IMG/VR virus record: IMGVR_UViG_3300035670_000203
Coordinates: 1-63,207 of that record
Source: a virus
Taxonomy: Duplodnaviria > Caudoviricetes
Direction: 5' to 3' (one strand)
DNA: 63,207 nt
Shown here: piece after piece, positions 55,857 to 63,207 of the stretch
How positions within the stretch are numbered: position 1 is the first letter of the stretch
How the letters are laid out: every line of letters starts with the position of its first letter
Position numbers and translations under genes: made by a program
Notes under the pieces: generated by a model
What the model saw: the letters and a program-made list of their open reading frames with translations, nothing else
The model's database searches: none
Told to the model about the DNA's origin: nothing

Positions 55857-58800
55857 TTATTTCTTAACTCCATAAGTACTTCTTGCAGTTTTTGTAGATT
55901 TAGCGCTATGGTTTGGAGAAAATGAAGGTGGTTTACTTGATTTAGTAGATCCTTTTGATTTACTAGATCTTTGACCTCCTTTATATTGAGATGTTTTTTT
56001 ATTTGCTGCTGGCTTTGGTATAGGTTTTACCGGAGTTTTGGTTGCTGTTTTTGGTCTAGTAAATCTAGATTTAGTAGGTTGTTTTGTATTTTTTTGTGGT
56101 TTATCATAAAGTTTTGCTGATTTATTTTTCTTCAAAAATTCTTTTTTCTTTTTCTCTTCCTCTTTTACTTTTGCAGATCCTCCACCAAACCATCCCATCT
56201 TATCCCACCAAGGTCTTTTTTCTTCTAATTTACGTTGGTTTTCTTGTTGTTTTTTAATTTTTTTCTGTTCGGCAATTGCTTTTTGTTGATCTTTTTTCAA
56301 TTGTTCTGGTGTTTTTTGTTTTCCTGTTGAAGGATCTATTTTACTCCTATCAATTTTCCCAATTTTAATTTCACTACCAAGGGCTCTTTGATTTAACCAT
56401 CCAATATCTTGAGCAAATCTTCCCAACATAGAAGCACCAAAATAAGTTGCATCACTAAAAGATCCTTTCAATAAACCTTCTTTTGCTAATTGAGCATATT
56501 CTCCAACAGTTCTATTAAAATTATACCTATCATCACTGTAAAGAACATCTCCCCCAGGTTTTGTAGAAGCAGTAAATCTTCCTAAGATAGAATTAGCTGC
56601 TGATCCTCCAGATACTTTATCGCTATATGCACCTCCACCTTTAGCACCCTTATTAATATCTTCTTGATTCCAATTCATAGTTACTTTACCAGTTTTTGGA
56701 TCAACTTTCAATCCGTTTTTGCCCATAGTTTGTTCTATAGTTTGCATTCTCATTTTATCAACTTGAGGATTTGATAAAATTTTAAATGGTCTCCCTAAAG
56801 GTCCTAATATGGATTTTAGGAAAGTTAAATTTCTCATCGTGGTAGCATTCCCAGATGGAATAGGAATTAATCCTTTATCAGCAATTTCTTTAAATGGACC
56901 ATCAGGAAGTTTTCTAATAAAACTATCACCAAAAGTAATCTGTCTATCTTGAATCTTTTCCATTCCTTTAGAAAGATCATTATATCTCTTAGAAGATGAT
57001 ACATTCTTCATAGTATCAAAAAATTTAGCCCCAGTATTTTTTGGTATTTGAGAAATTTGGTTTACTGTTTGAGAAGCCTTATCTTGAATTTTTCCAGATT
57101 TAATATCGGATAAAACTTTATTGCCATAGTTTAAAGATTGACTATACAATCCTGATCCAAATTTTGCACTAGAGTCTATCAAAGATGAAACATCTTTTTT
57201 TAATTGATCACCTTGCAAATATTTTTGTGCTTGAACACCAGCATTCATTCCAATATTCCCAATTTGATTGGGATCTAATTTAATATTCCCAATTTGACCA
57301 GCTGTCCTATTGATAAAATTAGCAGAATTAGAAGCAAATTCATTAGTTGTAGGTCCCCAAGTTTGCGGTTCCTGAAGATTAATTCCTTTACTAAGGAACC
57401 ACTTATTCATAGCATATAATAATTTTTCAAAATCATTACCTCCACCAGAATCACGTCTAATTTCTCCTCCACCATAAGCATAAGTTTTTCCTCCAACTAC
57501 TTGAGGTTGGTTTGTACCACCTCCTGCAGCATTCATTGCTTCTAAGGTCTCTACTCCATACTTATTGACAGCACCAACTGACATAACAAATTCACCATCA
57601 GTAAGCATTGCAGGAACTCTATCTCTTCCCTTTGGTCCATTTACTAATCCACTACCTAATCCTCCAGAAAATCCTCCACCACTAAATCCATATTGTTTTG
57701 TCTTTCCTGTTTGTAAGAAATAAATCTGCTCATCAATTTCAGATCCCTTTCCTTGTAATCTTTCAAAAACATTAAGATTTGCTTTTTGTGTTTGAAGTTG
57801 TTTTATCTTATCATCTTTGCTTCCAGGTGCTTTTTCAGTTTTTCTTTCCTGCTCATTTACAGTTTGAGGAAACATTGCAGGGATTGTTGCCCCAGCAGTA
57901 AATAGAGCAATTCCTTTTCCTAAAGGAGTTCTTATAAACTTTAAAAGTTGTGGTATGGCAACCTTACCAATTTGGAAGATAAATCTTCCAAGCATACCAA
58001 CAGTTCCTCTGACAAATTTGCCAAAGGTTGTTCCAAATAGAACATAAGATCCAAGTAATGCTGGCCACCAATCTTTAAAAAATCTTATAATACTTTTTAT
58101 TTTTCCTTGATTTTTTGGATCTGCAATCCAATTTACAAGTTTAATTAATATTCTTCCAAGAATTATATTACCAATAAAATTAAGTATCTTATCCCAAATA
58201 GATTGAAATGGTTTAGTAATTGCAGATATTGCTTTCTTGATTCCATCAAAAGTTTTAGATTCTAATTCACCCTCTCTTGACTTTCTTTTTTTATTTTCTT
58301 CTTCTTTTCTTTTCTCTTCTAATTGATTCCTATTTCGATCATTAATATCTGTTAGAGTATTGACAATTGAATCAAGAGTTTTATTAATATTATCTAAAGA
58401 AGTTTTTAATGATTCAGAATTATCAGATGATGTTCTAGAAATTTTAGCAGACTTTTCTGTAATGTCTCTAACTTTTACTGGATCAATATACTGTTGGAAA
58501 AAAGAATTATTTGCTGTTATTTTCCCAGAAGGAGATTTAGCAATTTTTCCTCCTCTTGGTCGATTCCCTCCTCCAGATGAAGGGGAAGGAGGTGCAGATG
58601 GAGGAGGAGAAACTGATACTTTTGCTTTTGAGGTCTTTACTTTAAATCTACCTTTCTTATTTTTAACTCTCTTAAATTCATTTCTTAAGAGCTCATCTTC
58701 TTCTCTAGGAAGTTCTTTTCCTATTAATCTAGCAGATGCTAATTTTTTCTTTATAATTTCATAGTAAGTCTGGTAATCAAGTTCCAATCCAGAATTGATC

Positions 58801-58862
58801 TTCAGTAATCTTAAAATTACTTCATTGATATTTTCTGTAGTAACTTTTTGATTACCAGCCAT
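55857..58862 (-). CDS. tape-measure-like tail protein
   Basis: coiled coil + amphipathic helices; GLV.GP.G.D.VPAMLTDGEFVM...AV..YG motif; Lys-rich C-terminus. Confidence 0.6.
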   Translation of the reverse strand: MAGNQKVTTENINEVILRLLKINSGLELDYQTYYEIIKKKLASARLIGKELPREEDELLRNEFKRVKNKKGRFKVKTSKAKVSVSPPPSAPPSPSSGGGNRPRGGKIAKSPSGKITANNSFFQQYIDPVKVRDITEKSAKISRTSSDNSESLKTSLDNINKTLDSIVNTLTDINDRNRNQLEEKRKEEENKKRKSREGELESKTFDGIKKAISAITKPFQSIWDKILNFIGNIILGRILIKLVNWIADPKNQGKIKSIIRFFKDWWPALLGSYVLFGTTFGKFVRGTVGMLGRFIFQIGKVAIPQLLKFIRTPLGKGIALFTAGATIPAMFPQTVNEQERKTEKAPGSKDDKIKQLQTQKANLNVFERLQGKGSEIDEQIYFLQTGKTKQYGFSGGGFSGGLGSGLVNGPKGRDRVPAMLTDGEFVMSVGAVNKYGVETLEAMNAAGGGTNQPQVVGGKTYAYGGGEIRRDSGGGNDFEKLLYAMNKWFLSKGINLQEPQTWGPTTNEFASNSANFINRTAGQIGNIKLDPNQIGNIGMNAGVQAQKYLQGDQLKKDVSSLIDSSAKFGSGLYSQSLNYGNKVLSDIKSGKIQDKASQTVNQISQIPKNTGAKFFDTMKNVSSSKRYNDLSKGMEKIQDRQITFGDSFIRKLPDGPFKEIADKGLIPIPSGNATTMRNLTFLKSILGPLGRPFKILSNPQVDKMRMQTIEQTMGKNGLKVDPKTGKVTMNWNQEDINKGAKGGGAYSDKVSGGSAANSILGRFTASTKPGGDVLYSDDRYNFNRTVGEYAQLAKEGLLKGSFSDATYFGASMLGRFAQDIGWLNQRALGSEIKIGKIDRSKIDPSTGKQKTPEQLKKDQQKAIAEQKKIKKQQENQRKLEEKRPWWDKMGWFGGGSAKVKEEEKKKKEFLKKNKSAKLYDKPQKNTKQPTKSRFTRPKTATKTPVKPIPKPAANKKTSQYKGGQRSSKSKGSTKSSKPPSFSPNHSAKSTKTARSTYGVKK

Positions 58863-59034
58863 TACTTTGTTGCTTCTGTTTAGATTCTTCTTCTTCTATA
58901 TGTTGCTTTAATAATTCAACGTAAATATCCCTTTCCCAAGGAATCATATTTTCAATTTCAGTCAATGAATATTTATGATATTGCATTAACGAAAAATTTA
59001 ATTTGAAATATGATTCAAGATCCATATGAATCAT
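58852..59034 (-). CDS. gp51: baseplate hub assembly protein gp51
   Basis: NF.LMQ.HKYSL.EIENMIPWERDIYV.LL. Confidence 0.85.
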   Translation of the reverse strand: MIHMDLESYFKLNFSLMQYHKYSLTEIENMIPWERDIYVELLKQHIEEEESKQKQQSNGW

Positions 59035-59036
59035 TG

Positions 59037-59756
59037 CTATGCGAAAAAACTTGATAACCCTTCAAGAATGACTTCACTTTCAACCTTGGTGTTAGGATTT
59101 GTAACATTAATTGTATGAGAAAGTTTTGGCATAGTCTCAAAGAACTTTTCAATTTCTTTGAATTGAGATGAATTCATTTGATCAAGAAAATCCATCAGTT
59201 CTTTTTTAGTCACATCAGCAGCAGACCAAACTTCTTCTTCATTATAGATTTTATCCACACAAGATGCAACAAGTTCAAATGATTGTTCCATCGCATTATT
59301 ACTAGACATATCAAAGTTATTTTTAATGAACTGATCTAGAGAAGGATACTTCATTTCCATCATCAAAGAATCATCTAACTTAATTTTGTTAGTATGATCT
59401 GGATTAGTTTTAACTTTAATATCATCGACATCTATTTTAACAGTCACATTTGTCTCTTCGTCATCTGGACAAATAACATTTAACTCTATTTCTTCACCGA
59501 CTGATTTTGCACGAATATTTAAGAACAAATATTCAATGTCAAAGGTAGGTAAAGATTCTACTTTAATTCCTTTTGTTTCAACACAGTTTTTAATGACTGT
59601 TTTAATTGCAGTAGTAATTTGTTTAGTATCTTCAGACTCTAAAGCAATGACCAAAAGTTTTTCTTCTTTAACTAAGAAAGGTCTATACTTAATTGTCTGT
59701 CCAGTTGAAGGCAATTCAAGTTCATAAGTTGGTGTGGCAATTTTTGGTAAAGGCAT
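59037..59756 (-). CDS. gp26: baseplate hub subunit gp26
   Basis: MPLPKI.TP.Y.L.LPSTG..IKYRPFLVKEEK.L, FDIEYLFL.IRAKSVGE, LEGL.SFF. Confidence 0.9.
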   Translation of the reverse strand: MPLPKIATPTYELELPSTGQTIKYRPFLVKEEKLLVIALESEDTKQITTAIKTVIKNCVETKGIKVESLPTFDIEYLFLNIRAKSVGEEIELNVICPDDEETNVTVKIDVDDIKVKTNPDHTNKIKLDDSLMMEMKYPSLDQFIKNNFDMSSNNAMEQSFELVASCVDKIYNEEEVWSAADVTKKELMDFLDQMNSSQFKEIEKFFETMPKLSHTINVTNPNTKVESEVILEGLSSFFA

Positions 59757-59784
59757 AATCTCCTTACAATAAACTCAGGTATTT

Positions 59785-59792
59785 TATTTATG
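59785..59792 (-). promoter_or_regulatory. T4-type late promoter (CATAAATA)
   Basis: NATAAATA about 29 nt upstream of gp26; AGGAG Shine-Dalgarno. Confidence 0.7.
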
Positions 59793-59798
59793 AGGGTT

Positions 59799-59855
59799 GT
59801 GCCAGATTACAAAGTGTCTCCTAATCAGACTTTTTTGGAGAGTATGCCCTATAAT
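59799..59855 (+). promoter_or_regulatory. early composite promoter element copy 8 (plus strand)
   Basis: GTGCCAGAT-N4-AAGTGTCTC, 29 nt, then TATAAT (context ATGCCCTATAAT as in copy 2). Confidence 0.7.
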
Positions 59856-59879
59856 TAAATGGTAAACCATCAAAACGAA

Positions 59880-60119
59880 ATGCGAAAACTTTTTTTCACC
59901 CTAGTATTTTTCTATGGAGTTGGTCTATCCACCTACTTTGCTCATTGGGGAATTAGGGACATGGCAGCTCTAGAAAAAGCAGTTTCAGTTGGAGCACATC
60001 ACGAAGAGATGAGGCATAGGATGAATGTTTCTGCTGAGGGGAATTGGTTTCTTCTTTCAAATCTAATTGCAGTAACAGGTGCTCTAGGTGTTGTCGGAGG
60101 ATCTAAAAAAAATGCTTAA
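59880..60119 (+). CDS. small two-TM membrane protein
   Basis: ORF track 59859-60119; start moved to MRKLFF; two hydrophobic helices. Confidence 0.7.
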   Translation: MRKLFFTLVFFYGVGLSTYFAHWGIRDMAALEKAVSVGAHHEEMRHRMNVSAEGNWFLLSNLIAVTGALGVVGGSKKNA

Positions 60120-60243
60120 GGTTCTAAAGTATCTTATTATTGGATACGGAATATTATTAGGGTCTATTTATTTTCTTGCGGCAATTGTTCCTGCACCATC
60201 TGCTGATATTAGGGAAGGATTTTCCTCTAAGTTTTCAAAATAA
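60112..60243 (+). CDS. small single-TM protein (43 aa)
   Basis: Manual translation MLKVLKYLIIGYGILLGSIYFLAAIVPAPS...; GGAGG upstream; ends at the terminator. Confidence 0.55.
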   Translation: MLKVLKYLIIGYGILLGSIYFLAAIVPAPSADIREGFSSKFSK

Positions 60244-60244
60244 T

Positions 60245-60277
60245 AAAAAAGAGAGGAGATATCTCCTCTCTTTTTTT
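60245..60277. terminator. bidirectional intrinsic terminator
   Basis: Perfect palindrome AAAAAAGAGAGGAGAT-ATCTCCTCTCTTTTTT between convergent genes. Confidence 0.85.
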
Positions 60278-60279
60278 AT

Positions 60280-61134
60280 CTAAAATAATCGAGTATTGAG
60301 TGCATTATTATTTCCAGAGAAAGGATTGGATAATGCACTATCACTAAAATTAGTAAAATTAGTATTAGTAAGAGTTCCTGGAGAAAAGTTTCCAAGATTA
60401 AGACCTTGCTGAAAAGCATTTGTATTAATTTTAGCTTGATCTGCTTGAGTTAAATCAAATGGATTTCTAGGAGCAGTCTTTGAAGTAGTTTGACCAGGCT
60501 CAGAAACTCCAGGATTTTCTTTTATATTACCTGCAACATAACGATCAAAAGAAAATCCAACTGTAACCTTAAGTAACTGAGAAGATTCATAAGAAACTGG
60601 CATAGAATTTATAGATACAGGAAATGCATTAATAAAATCATATACCATAGTTTTTGAAGATTCTCTTGTTCCAAGATTTCTTTCAAACTTTGTAATACTT
60701 ATAAACTCAGACTTATAATCTTTTGGGTATCTAATCCTATAAAAATTATTAATATCTTTTGATCCAGTAACTTGTTCTCCAGAAATCCATCTTAACCAAG
60801 CTTCAAAGTAACGAATTTGATCATAAGATTGATTTACATAAAAAGTAAAGTCTGCCCTATCATCATAAATTCTTCTATATGCGTGTCTTTGAGTAACCCC
60901 AGTATAATCATTATTCAATTCGTGAGTAGTAAGAGTAGATCCAGGGAGACTTGCATCAGAACAAGTTAATGTAAGAATATCTGTTATTTCTCCAGGAAAT
61001 CCACTTTGTCTAATAAATGATTCTGCTTCATCAGGTGGTTTTATGTAAACCTCATAATGAGAAGTTAATGCGGGTTGCATTATGATTCTCTTAATATCCA
61101 ATATCTTCCTAGTTCTTGGAGTTGGCGCTGCCAT
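60280..61134 (-). CDS. tail tube/tube-initiator family protein (gp19/gp54-like)
   Basis: L.C..ASLPG, FTFYV, FE.W, Y.F.NAFP.SI.S..VSY....LLKVTV.F.FDRY. Confidence 0.7.
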   Translation of the reverse strand: MAAPTPRTRKILDIKRIIMQPALTSHYEVYIKPPDEAESFIRQSGFPGEITDILTLTCSDASLPGSTLTTHELNNDYTGVTQRHAYRRIYDDRADFTFYVNQSYDQIRYFEAWLRWISGEQVTGSKDINNFYRIRYPKDYKSEFISITKFERNLGTRESSKTMVYDFINAFPVSINSMPVSYESSQLLKVTVGFSFDRYVAGNIKENPGVSEPGQTTSKTAPRNPFDLTQADQAKINTNAFQQGLNLGNFSPGTLTNTNFTNFSDSALSNPFSGNNNALNTRLF

Positions 61135-61136
61135 CG

Positions 61137-61168
61137 AATAAATATTCTTTGTTTATATTGTATTTATG
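61137..61168. promoter_or_regulatory. face-to-face divergent late promoters
   Basis: AATAAATA (+, 61137-61144) and CATAAATA (-, 61161-61168). Confidence 0.65.
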
Positions 61169-61633
61169 AGAAGAGAAGAAAAATATCATCAAGGTAAATT
61201 TAGACCACAAAATCCAGAAAAATACAAGGGAGATATTAACAATATAATTTACAGAAGTTCTTGGGAGTTGGTTGCACTTCAATGGTGTGATAGAAATCCA
61301 GATGTATTAGAATATGGATCCGAGGAATTTTTTATTCCATATTTTGATGAAACTACAAGAAGAGTCAGAAGATATTTTCCAGATCTTTTCATAAAAGTAA
61401 AAGATAATCAAGGATCTATTAAAAACTATGTGGTAGAAATAAAACCAAAAAAACAAACAAAACCACCAGAACAGACTTCAAGAAAAAGACAAAAAACTTA
61501 TATTAATGAAATGATCACTTATGAAAAAAATTTAAGTAAGTGGAGATATGCAGAAGAGTGGTGTAAAGATAGAGGATTGATATTTAAAATACTTACAGAA
61601 GATGATTTAGGGATTAAGTATCGTAATAAATAA
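61166..61633 (+). CDS. gp4: head completion nuclease gp4
   Basis: G.F.P.NP.KY.GD...I.YRSSWE, SEE..IPY, RYFPD, EIKP..QT, N..KW..A..WC...G..F..LTE. Confidence 0.9.
   Translation: MRREEKYHQGKFRPQNPEKYKGDINNIIYRSSWELVALQWCDRNPDVLEYGSEEFFIPYFDETTRRVRRYFPDLFIKVKDNQGSIKNYVVEIKPKKQTKPPEQTSRKRQKTYINEMITYEKNLSKWRYAEEWCKDRGLIFKILTEDDLGIKYRNK
61625..61632 (+). promoter_or_regulatory. T4-type late promoter (AATAAATA)
   Basis: Overlaps the gp4 stop, upstream of gp48. Confidence 0.55.
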
Positions 61634-61714
61634 ATTATAAAGAACTTCTATTCTAATGCAATATAAAAAGAATCCAACTTACATTCTCGGGTTCCTTGTT
61701 AGGGAGGAGTTCTA

Positions 61715-63070
61715 ATGGCTGAAGAAAAAAAAGCTGGACAAGGGTGGGAAAAAAATACAGATAATACTTTTAAAGCAACTTTAAGTGTTCCAAAAAAACC
61801 ATCGGCAGTAGTTCAAACAGCATCCTCTTCAGGAACAAGTCAAAATACAAATCAAAGAGTAAGAGTAATAGTAAATAATGAAACTGGTGCAATACAACTA
61901 TATGAAACTAGGGAACCTTTAGGTGATAGATTATTCAATACCTTTAATCCATCTACAGGTAAATGGGAATCTCCATCTAATGATCCTCAAGCATTTAATG
62001 AAATACAAAATAGAATAGGAACTGATGGAATTCAAAAATTACAAAATCAAGCAAAACAAGGAGCAATAAATGGAGTAATAAATCCAACTTCAACAAATGA
62101 AAATAAGGTAAAAATATCATCTACAGAAGGATATAAATCTTTATCAAATACAATTAAACAAGATCCAAATTCTGGACAAGTAGGACCAGAATCATTTAAT
62201 CAAGGCGAAATTAGTCAAGCAGTAGGACAAGGAAAACTTAGAAGTAGTTATGGGGATACTAGATATCCACTAAATATGAAATCTGACCAAGATTATATTA
62301 AATTTACAATGTATACTTATGTACCAAAAACATTTGGACTTACATCTGGACTTGGTGCATTTAGTGGTTCAAATAAAGGATCTAAACTTGGAACAGTCAC
62401 TCTTCCTATTCAACCACAAATTTCAGATTCTAATTCAGTTACCTGGGGAGAAGATACAATAAATTCTGTAGAAGCAGCGGCTGCAGCGACTGCCTATGCA
62501 TCAATAACAAGAGGTGTTGAAGGAGCAGAGGAATCTGTCAACCAAGCAGCAACAGGTATTGCTGAACAAAAAGGAAGCATAACTACAACTTTAGCAGCAG
62601 GTCTTGCTGGAAAGGCTGTTGGTGCAAATGAAAATTTCTTAAGCAGAGTAACTGGAGGAATCTTAAACAATAATGTAGAGTTATTATTTCAAGGACCAGC
62701 TTTAAGATCATTTTCTTTTACTTTTATAATGTCAGCAAGAGAGCCAAGAGAAAGTGAAGCAATAAGAAATATCATAAGATTTTTCAAGCAAGGAATGAGT
62801 GTTAAAAGAACAGAATCAAATCTTTTCCTAAAAGCACCTAATGTTTTTGATATTGAATATTATCATAAAAATGCTCCTCACAAATATATAAACAAAATCA
62901 AAACCTGCGCTCTTCAAAATTGTTCAGTAAATTACACTCCTGATGGAAATTATGCAACTTATGAAGATGGAGCTATGACACAATATAGTTTAACTCTATC
63001 ATTTGGTGAGATTGATCCATTATATGATGATGAATATGATGCACTTGGACTCGATCACATAGGTTACTAA
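61715..63070 (+). CDS. gp48: baseplate tail-tube cap gp48
   Basis: RYPL, V.LPI...ISDSN.V.W, N.N.ELLF.GP.LR.F.F.F, IIRFFK, C.L....VNYTPDG, L.F.EI.P. Confidence 0.85.
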   Translation: MAEEKKAGQGWEKNTDNTFKATLSVPKKPSAVVQTASSSGTSQNTNQRVRVIVNNETGAIQLYETREPLGDRLFNTFNPSTGKWESPSNDPQAFNEIQNRIGTDGIQKLQNQAKQGAINGVINPTSTNENKVKISSTEGYKSLSNTIKQDPNSGQVGPESFNQGEISQAVGQGKLRSSYGDTRYPLNMKSDQDYIKFTMYTYVPKTFGLTSGLGAFSGSNKGSKLGTVTLPIQPQISDSNSVTWGEDTINSVEAAAAATAYASITRGVEGAEESVNQAATGIAEQKGSITTTLAAGLAGKAVGANENFLSRVTGGILNNNVELLFQGPALRSFSFTFIMSAREPRESEAIRNIIRFFKQGMSVKRTESNLFLKAPNVFDIEYYHKNAPHKYINKIKTCALQNCSVNYTPDGNYATYEDGAMTQYSLTLSFGEIDPLYDDEYDALGLDHIGY

Positions 63071-63071
63071 A

Positions 63072-63207
63072 ATGGCATCGTACTTCAGACAAGTTCCAAA
63101 TTTTGAATATATATCAAGAAACTCCGATGAAAAAAATCTATCGGATTATGTTCCAGTAAAAAATCTTTTTAAAAAAGGAAAATTAAGAGAAGATATTTTT
63201 CAAGATC
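63072..63207 (+). CDS. gp53: baseplate wedge gp53, truncated by right window edge
   Basis: Manual translation MASYFRQVPNFEYISR...VKNLFKKGKLREDIFQD; synteny after gp48. Confidence 0.75.
   Translation, partial: MASYFRQVPNFEYISRNSDEKNLSDYVPVKNLFKKGKLREDIFQD

Noticed and set aside
1-63207. tRNA genes, introns/inteins, stop-codon recoding, integrase or IS elements
   Set aside because: No cloverleaf or T-loop signature noticed in the short intergenic gaps (tRNAscan-SE not run); long ORFs are intact under the standard code; no recombinase or transposase motifs recognised.

Overview
AT-rich, phage-dense window, almost all on the minus strand, from a T4-like cyanomyovirus (Kyanoviridae-like). The assignment rests on a CP12 gene, T4-type baseplate genes gp53/gp48/gp4/gp26/gp51/gp5 and NATAAATA late promoters. 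Layout in + coordinates: (1) 1-14000, an early region of short hypothetical ORFs with an RNA-repair cluster (Rnl1-type ligase, P-loop kinase, HAD phosphatase, metallophosphoesterase), an HNH nuclease and a gp2-like gene. It carries 8 copies of a composite promoter element (palindrome + usually a stem-loop around -35 + TATAAT), one at the left edge and seven between genes. (2) 14079-30427, an accessory island with three RCC1-repeat proteins (7, 7 and 21 blades), a DUF4376-like fibre chaperone and about 12 glycosyl-, sulfo- and methyltransferase, 2OG-Fe(II) oxygenase and related genes. (3) 30428-45000, tail fibres, including a Gly-X-Gln collagen-like fibre and a 2098-aa fibre, both with S74 chaperone domains. 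(4) 45000-63207, the baseplate/tail module with CP12, two tape-measure-like proteins and an oppositely oriented early two-gene membrane cassette. Most notable: the 21-blade RCC1 protein parses as three 7-blade propellers nested inside one another. The 35 blades across the three paralogues have near-invariant scaffolds and hypervariable loops, some shared between genes. This suggests a recombination-diversified, possibly enzymatically decorated adhesin system at the tip of a collagen fibre. All functional calls come from motif recognition by eye; no searches were run. No tRNA, rRNA, CRISPR array, reverse transcriptase or integrase was seen.
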